Below, piece after piece: positions 58,582 to 64,000 of a DNA stretch of 64,000 nt. The stretch's first letter is position 1. Every line of letters starts with the position of its first letter. Source of the DNA: Oligoflexales bacterium (GTDB taxonomy: Bacteria; Bdellovibrionota_B; Oligoflexia; Oligoflexales; CAIYRB01); assembly GCA_041736175.1 (NCBI GenBank), contig JBGSUI010000069.1:18923-82922 (forward strand), given 5' to 3'. A model generated the notes under the pieces. That model was not told the DNA's origin, ran no database searches, and saw nothing but the letters and a program-made list of their open reading frames with translations. The translations under genes and the position numbers were made by a program.

Positions 58582-60662
58582 CGTCTGTGGCAAAAATCAT
58601 TTGTTTATACTTTCTTTATGTGAGTGCCGCATGCCAAAAAATCCCGCTTACCGGAGAATTTGGGGTCCTGGATTTAGCCATCGCCCATTGGTTTGAAAAC
58701 GAAGGTGTGGCCTATGTGTTTTACTCCCTGTCAGAGAGAGAAGCACGACTCTTAAACCCGGTCTTTAGCCTATCTCTTAAAATGAAGTCCCAGGTTTCTG
58801 GTGGTGAAGAGACTTTGCAACTCGTCCTTGATGGGAGCCAGGCGGTCCACGAGCATCGCCTTATAAAGTGTGGGCCAGATAAGCTTTGTGGTAGCTATTC
58901 GGTGAGGAGTTCAAAACCGCTCAGCAGCGGCACCCTTAAATTTCAATATGACCCCATGAGCGAGCTTGGGCTTTTAAAAGATCTTTCCGTGCAAAACCAC
59001 TTTGCTAGCGACCGCTCCGAGAGTTTCAGCACCCAGCTGTTTGGCGTTTTTGACCAAACCAACGAACATCTCCAAGTGCGCGCCGTCCCTAACTTTGGCG
59101 TCCCTGGAAGCGAGGCGGTGCCCCTCTATGGGATGGAGCGGAAATACCGGATTTTTGGCGCACAACTGGAAAATATCAGCCTCAGTGATTATATCGCCGC
59201 TAAAACCACCACGGGGTCACCCCTGGCTTTTCCTGCCTCTTATTGTAAAGTCGGTGCCCGCGGTCCAACAGTTCCGGAGTTTATTTTGGAAAAGTCCTCG
59301 GCTTGGTCGCAGCAATCTTTCACACCGACCAATCCCGCTACGGGAGCTTGCTTTACGGTGGAGTACCTAGGAAAAGATGGGGAGCCACTCCTTAAACAGG
59401 CGGTTGCTGCCGCAGGCTTACGCAATCCCTTGGTTCGGGATGCCACAAGCTTTAGTCTGACCAATCCGCTACGGGAGACCCTCCAGATACCCCTGGTCAT
59501 CAAAATCTGCGACGACGATCCAGCTCGGGGATCGATGGTGGACGAGGATTTTTTCAAGTACCAACGGTATGTATTAGGTTACCCGGATTTTCCCCAAGAT
59601 GTGTGTTTTCGTATCGGGCGGAGTGAAGAGTTTAGGGAACAATTGGAAAACGTTTTAAGCTCTAAACTTTCAAGCCTTAAAAGCCAGCCCAATCCCGATA
59701 ACCGAGACTATATGTTTGTTGTGGTTCTTCACGACAAGTTTACTCTCGAATTTAGCGATATCCAATCTAAAATCGCAGAGTCTCTAAGTAAAATATCAGC
59801 TCTAGAAGCTGATTTTGTTTCGCCAAGGTTGATCGGTGGGATCGTCTATGCGTCCACAGTGAATTTTGTACCCACCGTTGACCAACAAAAATATCTTGTT
59901 TGGTGTCCACAAAATCTTCTTGACCAGGTGCTGACCGGTCCAACTGCGGCGTTAGGTAAGCAAAATTGTACGATTTCTCCCTTGCTGAGCCTTGATTTGC
60001 GGATTATTAATTTTGTAGCCCCCTTGGGACCGTTGCCTTCGCTAGACTACTACACCGAGTATGTTAAGAGATATGGAGACTCTGGATTGGCACGAAGCCC
60101 ACAGCTCAAGATGTACAGCGTCCCCCAAACCAATCTAACAATCGTCGAAGAAGAACGTCGGATCACCTATTTTGATAGCCAGCGATATGTCATTGGCCAG
60201 GGAGAAAAAGCGCGGGTCTGCAGAAACCGCCTGGTTCCTGGTATTACAGATATGGTCATAAAACCCTTTGACCAAGACCTTTCCATTGAGGGGATCAGTC
60301 TCTTTAATATCAATGCCCTTTGGTTGTCTGAAACAGGAGCAGGGGAGTACCGGATTGGGATCAGTTGGCGCTATGGATTTTGGGGTGGAATTTCCTATAA
60401 GGGTGCGCTTAATGGTAAAGTTGTCAGCGTGATACCATACACAAGGTCGTTTAGTGCCTACGAGGAGCTAGGGGACTCTAAATGGTCTACGGAGACGATT
60501 CCTCTCGGCCAAGCGATCCAGCACTGTGCTGCCTATTGTGGCCATCCCTTTTTTGATGAATGGGGACAATACCAAGTAGGAGCTGCGTGGGATGATGTCC
60601 TGCGCTCTGACTGCACAACGCCCAAAATTTCTCGGTGGAACGATAATGAGGTGGGAACTTGA
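58578..60662 (+). CDS. Large Cys-rich lipoprotein
   Basis: GTG start in a GTGA overlap with GGAGA SD; lipobox SAAC; many Cys (CGPDKLC, CAAYC). Confidence 0.75.
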   Translation: MTSVAKIICLYFLYVSAACQKIPLTGEFGVLDLAIAHWFENEGVAYVFYSLSEREARLLNPVFSLSLKMKSQVSGGEETLQLVLDGSQAVHEHRLIKCGPDKLCGSYSVRSSKPLSSGTLKFQYDPMSELGLLKDLSVQNHFASDRSESFSTQLFGVFDQTNEHLQVRAVPNFGVPGSEAVPLYGMERKYRIFGAQLENISLSDYIAAKTTTGSPLAFPASYCKVGARGPTVPEFILEKSSAWSQQSFTPTNPATGACFTVEYLGKDGEPLLKQAVAAAGLRNPLVRDATSFSLTNPLRETLQIPLVIKICDDDPARGSMVDEDFFKYQRYVLGYPDFPQDVCFRIGRSEEFREQLENVLSSKLSSLKSQPNPDNRDYMFVVVLHDKFTLEFSDIQSKIAESLSKISALEADFVSPRLIGGIVYASTVNFVPTVDQQKYLVWCPQNLLDQVLTGPTAALGKQNCTISPLLSLDLRIINFVAPLGPLPSLDYYTEYVKRYGDSGLARSPQLKMYSVPQTNLTIVEEERRITYFDSQRYVIGQGEKARVCRNRLVPGITDMVIKPFDQDLSIEGISLFNINALWLSETGAGEYRIGISWRYGFWGGISYKGALNGKVVSVIPYTRSFSAYEELGDSKWSTETIPLGQAIQHCAAYCGHPFFDEWGQYQVGAAWDDVLRSDCTTPKISRWNDNEVGT

Positions 60663-61423
60663 TCGACCGCATATCCATTCAGCGAGTTATCGTGCTGGTG
60701 TTGTTTTTAGGAGATGCCTTCGCATGGGCCCAAAAAAATGATTCTCAAGGTGATGCGAATTCGGATCCCGAGATTGAAGAAAACAGTAGTGAAATCCTCA
60801 GCGCCATGTCTCTTGCCAGAGAGGTGGTCCAAGCCTCCCAGTCACTCCATGCCTTTGACTGGCGCAAGATGGCCACCGAACTTTCTTTTGGTTATGGCTA
60901 CGCGGATGAGGCTAACAATTTTGATACCGAATCTTTCAATCTAGGGCTTGGGATTCCGACGGGCGATGGATATCTGATCCAGGGAGGGCTGCGGCGTACC
61001 TTAGTCTATAGCACTCCTTCTACCAACCAACTTGGGGCTACTCCCTACCTTCAGGAGGCCCTTACATCCCGCTACGAGCTTTATGGGGGACTCGCCGCCA
61101 GTCTCGTAGAAGGCAGGGCGATGTCGCGGCTTAGCCCGTGGCTTCCGGATCTAGAGTTTGTTTTGTTTGGAGTCGGTCGCCTGCATTATTCTCGCTCGAC
61201 CCAGGACTGGCAGCCTTGGAGTTCGCGAAAACCTCCATCAAAGCTCGGGCAAAAGCCGATCACATCGAACTTGGGTGCCGAGCTAGGATTTCGCACTCAG
61301 GTTTATTTACCGATCCATATTGGTCTCTATTTTGAATGGCTTTATATTAGGCCCAGGTCAGGGGGGCAGGATCTCAAGTCATGGCGGTATTTTGAGGGAG
61401 GATTGGCTTGGGAGATTCCCTAA
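60659..61423 (+). CDS. Predicted small outer-membrane beta-barrel protein
   Basis: Signal peptide ending AWA; amphipathic strands (ELSFGYG, FNLGLG, ELGFRTQVY, IGLYFEW, FEGGLAW). Confidence 0.72.
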   Translation: MIDRISIQRVIVLVLFLGDAFAWAQKNDSQGDANSDPEIEENSSEILSAMSLAREVVQASQSLHAFDWRKMATELSFGYGYADEANNFDTESFNLGLGIPTGDGYLIQGGLRRTLVYSTPSTNQLGATPYLQEALTSRYELYGGLAASLVEGRAMSRLSPWLPDLEFVLFGVGRLHYSRSTQDWQPWSSRKPPSKLGQKPITSNLGAELGFRTQVYLPIHIGLYFEWLYIRPRSGGQDLKSWRYFEGGLAWEIP

Positions 61424-63339
61424 ACAACAGACACAAGTCGCTCAAGGGTTGGCTTTGGGGAATTTTGCTTCTGATTCAGCCGGCCCTAGGGGCTACTCCC
61501 TCGGGATTCGATGTGAGGCTTGAACAAGGGCGTCACGCCTTGACGACAGCAAAGAATTCAAAAGACCTCAAGGCAGCCGAAGATGTCTATGGGGGAATCC
61601 CTTGGTCGGACCCGCTGTTTAAGACAAAAATTCAAGATTTGATCCAGTGGCGCCTTCGCCTTAACCATGGCACGGAAGCCTGGAAACTCCATCTAGTAGC
61701 AGAGCGTCTAGGATACCAGTGGTCGGACCTGGACTACTCCAAGGTGCTTGCGGCGATGATGGTGGGAGTCTGTACCCTTAATGTTCCGGTTGAGATTCCC
61801 TATTTTCGGTTTTTGGCGCGGGCCCATATCTACCGTTTTGGGGTTCGCTTTTCCAAAAGTCGCCAACTGGTAAACCCCTATGAGATTGCCGCAAGGGGGC
61901 GCAGGCTTTCCTATCTGAATTGGAACCAACTCCCCTATCTTGTGGCCATTGCCCAGCTGGGCGGCTACCAAGAGACTCAGCTCCTGCGGGGAATGGGATG
62001 TGCCTCGGACGAAGATGAGCTACGGGACCCCAGAGAACGCCAGCACCTGGAGTTTGTCCAACTCAAAAATTGGTGGGCCTTAAAAAAGCAGAACCTCCAG
62101 CCAGATCTTTACGGTGAGACGGCGGTGCGTCTGCGACTCCTCTGGTTGGCTATGAATACATCACCAAAAAACTCTGTTCCTCAATCAAGTCCGCCCCTTT
62201 CGGATGGTGACGAGAAATTGGTCATAGAACTTTTAGACTCCTTTGAGTTTCGCCCTAAAGGTCCACAGCTTCCACAAAAAGAGGTATGGCAAGGTTTAGA
62301 CCCTGAAGAACAGCGTTATCTTTGGGGCCAGTTTATATCATCTAAACGGGTCCCCTCCCCTCCCTATAAGTTTAACTCCTCGGAAGCAAGCCACCTAGCC
62401 CTGCTCGCTCGATCTGCGCTGACCTCAAAAGATGCCGCGACCTGGTATGCCCTGCTTGATGTGCGGGCGTTCCCATTGGCACAGCACCAAGAGATTCTCG
62501 ACCAAGTCTTACAAAAAAAATCAGATTCTGAGTCCTCACTGGGATGCCTCCTCTATAACCGAGCCCAGATCGCCTATACTCGAGGCCAAACAACCTTGGC
62601 TTTAACCATGATCAGGCGACTCCTTTTGGGCGGGGAGTCGGATGGAGACCGGGAGGTGGAGACCCAGGCCGAGCACCTTGCTACTGAGTTGATCACAGAG
62701 TATCAATACGATCCGGCGATTTTAGGAGCTATCCAAACGCTGTTACCTCCCTCCCTGTGGACTCAGATCTTCCAAAAAATTGCCATCGACCACGGGCTCC
62801 GTGGCCAAAAGCGGGAGTTTGATCGGATCGTTTCTCTGGGTCCCAAAAAGTCTGGAGGGCCTCATCTAAGCTTTAACCCTCAGGGTTTAGAGCTGCTCAG
62901 GCACATGGCAGAACGAAATATAAATCAGTTTAATCGGATCTGGGCCCAGTTTGTCCAAGCCCAACCCCAGCAAGCTCTCACCCTTGTCGAGCGCATGGCC
63001 GAACGGAGCTTAGGGCTTAAGCCCCAAGAAAAACCGGGGGTCTCCCCCTATTTTAAAGTTGTTCTCGACACTATAAGCTCCCTTCCCCAAAGGGGGCGAA
63101 CCCAGGAGGTTTTAGGTGAGTTGCGCAAGATTTGGAGCTTTGCTCTGACTGCCAACCGCTTCCAGGAGGGTGTGGCGACAGTCCATGGGGGCGTCGTCCA
63201 AGCGGGAGTGGTGGACCTCAATAAGGGGGTTTCCCTCCTCCCTTGCGATCAGGCTTGGAAGCCTCCCCAGTCCCTAAGTCCTAAACAGCTCCTAGCGATC
63301 CCGCGCCGCATTGGCTCTACCGAATGGGAGGTGCGATAA
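61408..63339 (+). CDS. Secreted alpha-helical (TPR-like) protein
   Basis: Signal peptide ending ALG; LYNRAQIAY.RGQ...AL..IRRLL TPR-like unit. Confidence 0.72.
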   Translation: MGDSLNNRHKSLKGWLWGILLLIQPALGATPSGFDVRLEQGRHALTTAKNSKDLKAAEDVYGGIPWSDPLFKTKIQDLIQWRLRLNHGTEAWKLHLVAERLGYQWSDLDYSKVLAAMMVGVCTLNVPVEIPYFRFLARAHIYRFGVRFSKSRQLVNPYEIAARGRRLSYLNWNQLPYLVAIAQLGGYQETQLLRGMGCASDEDELRDPRERQHLEFVQLKNWWALKKQNLQPDLYGETAVRLRLLWLAMNTSPKNSVPQSSPPLSDGDEKLVIELLDSFEFRPKGPQLPQKEVWQGLDPEEQRYLWGQFISSKRVPSPPYKFNSSEASHLALLARSALTSKDAATWYALLDVRAFPLAQHQEILDQVLQKKSDSESSLGCLLYNRAQIAYTRGQTTLALTMIRRLLLGGESDGDREVETQAEHLATELITEYQYDPAILGAIQTLLPPSLWTQIFQKIAIDHGLRGQKREFDRIVSLGPKKSGGPHLSFNPQGLELLRHMAERNINQFNRIWAQFVQAQPQQALTLVERMAERSLGLKPQEKPGVSPYFKVVLDTISSLPQRGRTQEVLGELRKIWSFALTANRFQEGVATVHGGVVQAGVVDLNKGVSLLPCDQAWKPPQSLSPKQLLAIPRRIGSTEWEVR

Positions 63340-63342
63340 CCT

Positions 63343-63834
63343 TTGTTGTGGTCTCTTCCAACCCATCCCTTGACTAAGGTATTAGCTCTTGGAGTGGCTC
63401 TATGGAGCCAACCAATAGGCTGGGAAGAAATCCCTGCTGGTTCTCCTCCAGAGGTCGAAAAAACTATTCAGCCAAAAGCTGCGACTAAAGTCCTCAAAGA
63501 GACTCCGGGGAGCCCCCGTCTCCGTTTGCCAACAGACCGAGGTTTACAGGTAGACTCCGAACGGTTTTTACGATCCTTTCGCCGCCAAGCCGCGGTGGAC
63601 TTAACGCCCTGCCTGGCCAAGGAAGAAAAAAATCAGGGTGGAGGTGACCGCAGTCTCGGTCTTTCGGCAGTGCTCGATGCAAAAGGGCATATCAAAGTGA
63701 TCAAGGTTATCGATCCCCACAAAAACATATCAGACTGTGCCCGCGAGGCTCTTTTTAAGATGGATTTTTCCCCTTTGACCACGCACCTCCCCCAGGGAGC
63801 GACCGTTACTGTTCAATGGCGCCTAGATTGGTAG
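63343..63834 (+). CDS. Membrane-anchored protein with TonB-C-like (AgmX/PglI C-terminal-type) domain
   Basis: Short hydrophobic anchor, Pro-rich linker, L.PC.....L.L.AVLD.KG.I..I.V.....ISDC...L.KMDF......V.V.WRL.W. Confidence 0.6.
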   Translation: MLWSLPTHPLTKVLALGVALWSQPIGWEEIPAGSPPEVEKTIQPKAATKVLKETPGSPRLRLPTDRGLQVDSERFLRSFRRQAAVDLTPCLAKEEKNQGGGDRSLGLSAVLDAKGHIKVIKVIDPHKNISDCAREALFKMDFSPLTTHLPQGATVTVQWRLDW

Positions 63835-64000
63835 CCTGGGAAACAGGAAATTTCTATAAACTTTTAATTCGATTGAGTTAGACTCACTTACCGAAACAGC
63901 AGCCTAGGCAACCTCCTATAGTGGACGGATTTCAATGCTTGGGCGCGACATCACGGGTCCTCGCGCCGACGCTGGCACAGACGCGTTTGATAAAGGTGTC

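Noticed and set aside
49632-63834. Ordinary flagellar, Tol-Pal/Ton or canonical Agl-Glt cluster
   Set aside because: No flagellar export/rod/hook genes; the B subunit has a MotB plug and OmpA-like domain rather than an ExbD/TolR domain; the FliG-like protein is membrane-anchored.
63840-64000. Possible 3' end of a minus-strand gene at the window edge
   Set aside because: Too short to choose a frame or assign a function.
1-64000. tRNA, rRNA or riboswitch genes
   Set aside because: No cloverleaf or rRNA-like sequence recognised in the intergenic regions by eye; a covariance-model scan would be needed to exclude small RNAs.

Overview
Bacterial chromosomal window. By inference from gene style (many lipoproteins, secreted proteases, sigma-54 boxes, AgmX/PglI-type domain) it is most likely a Bdellovibrionota/Oligoflexia-like organism. 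It holds housekeeping genes (thrS, metG, cca, ettA, ppc), two Tat-signalled xanthine-oxidase-family molybdoenzyme pairs, an 8-oxoguanine deaminase-like amidohydrolase and an M16 peptidase pair. There are also several secreted proteases and lipoproteins (three preceded by sigma-54 -24/-12 boxes), an orphan serine recombinase, and a small decayed island (higBA, truncated tyrosine integrase, and a degenerate Xre/RES toxin-antitoxin pair missing from the ORF track). The most striking element is at 49.6-63.8 kb. A flagellar-type motA-motB stator pair plus a PEGA lipoprotein is transcribed divergently from a tightly coupled 11-gene envelope operon. That operon encodes a single-pass membrane protein whose cytoplasmic half resembles the FliG rotor (M and C domains), lipoproteins, a TPR lipoprotein, three predicted outer-membrane beta-barrel proteins and a TonB-C/AgmX-PglI-like protein, with no flagellar export or filament genes. 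This is a candidate non-flagellar ion-driven rotary trans-envelope machine. All family assignments are from motifs read by eye; no searches were run.
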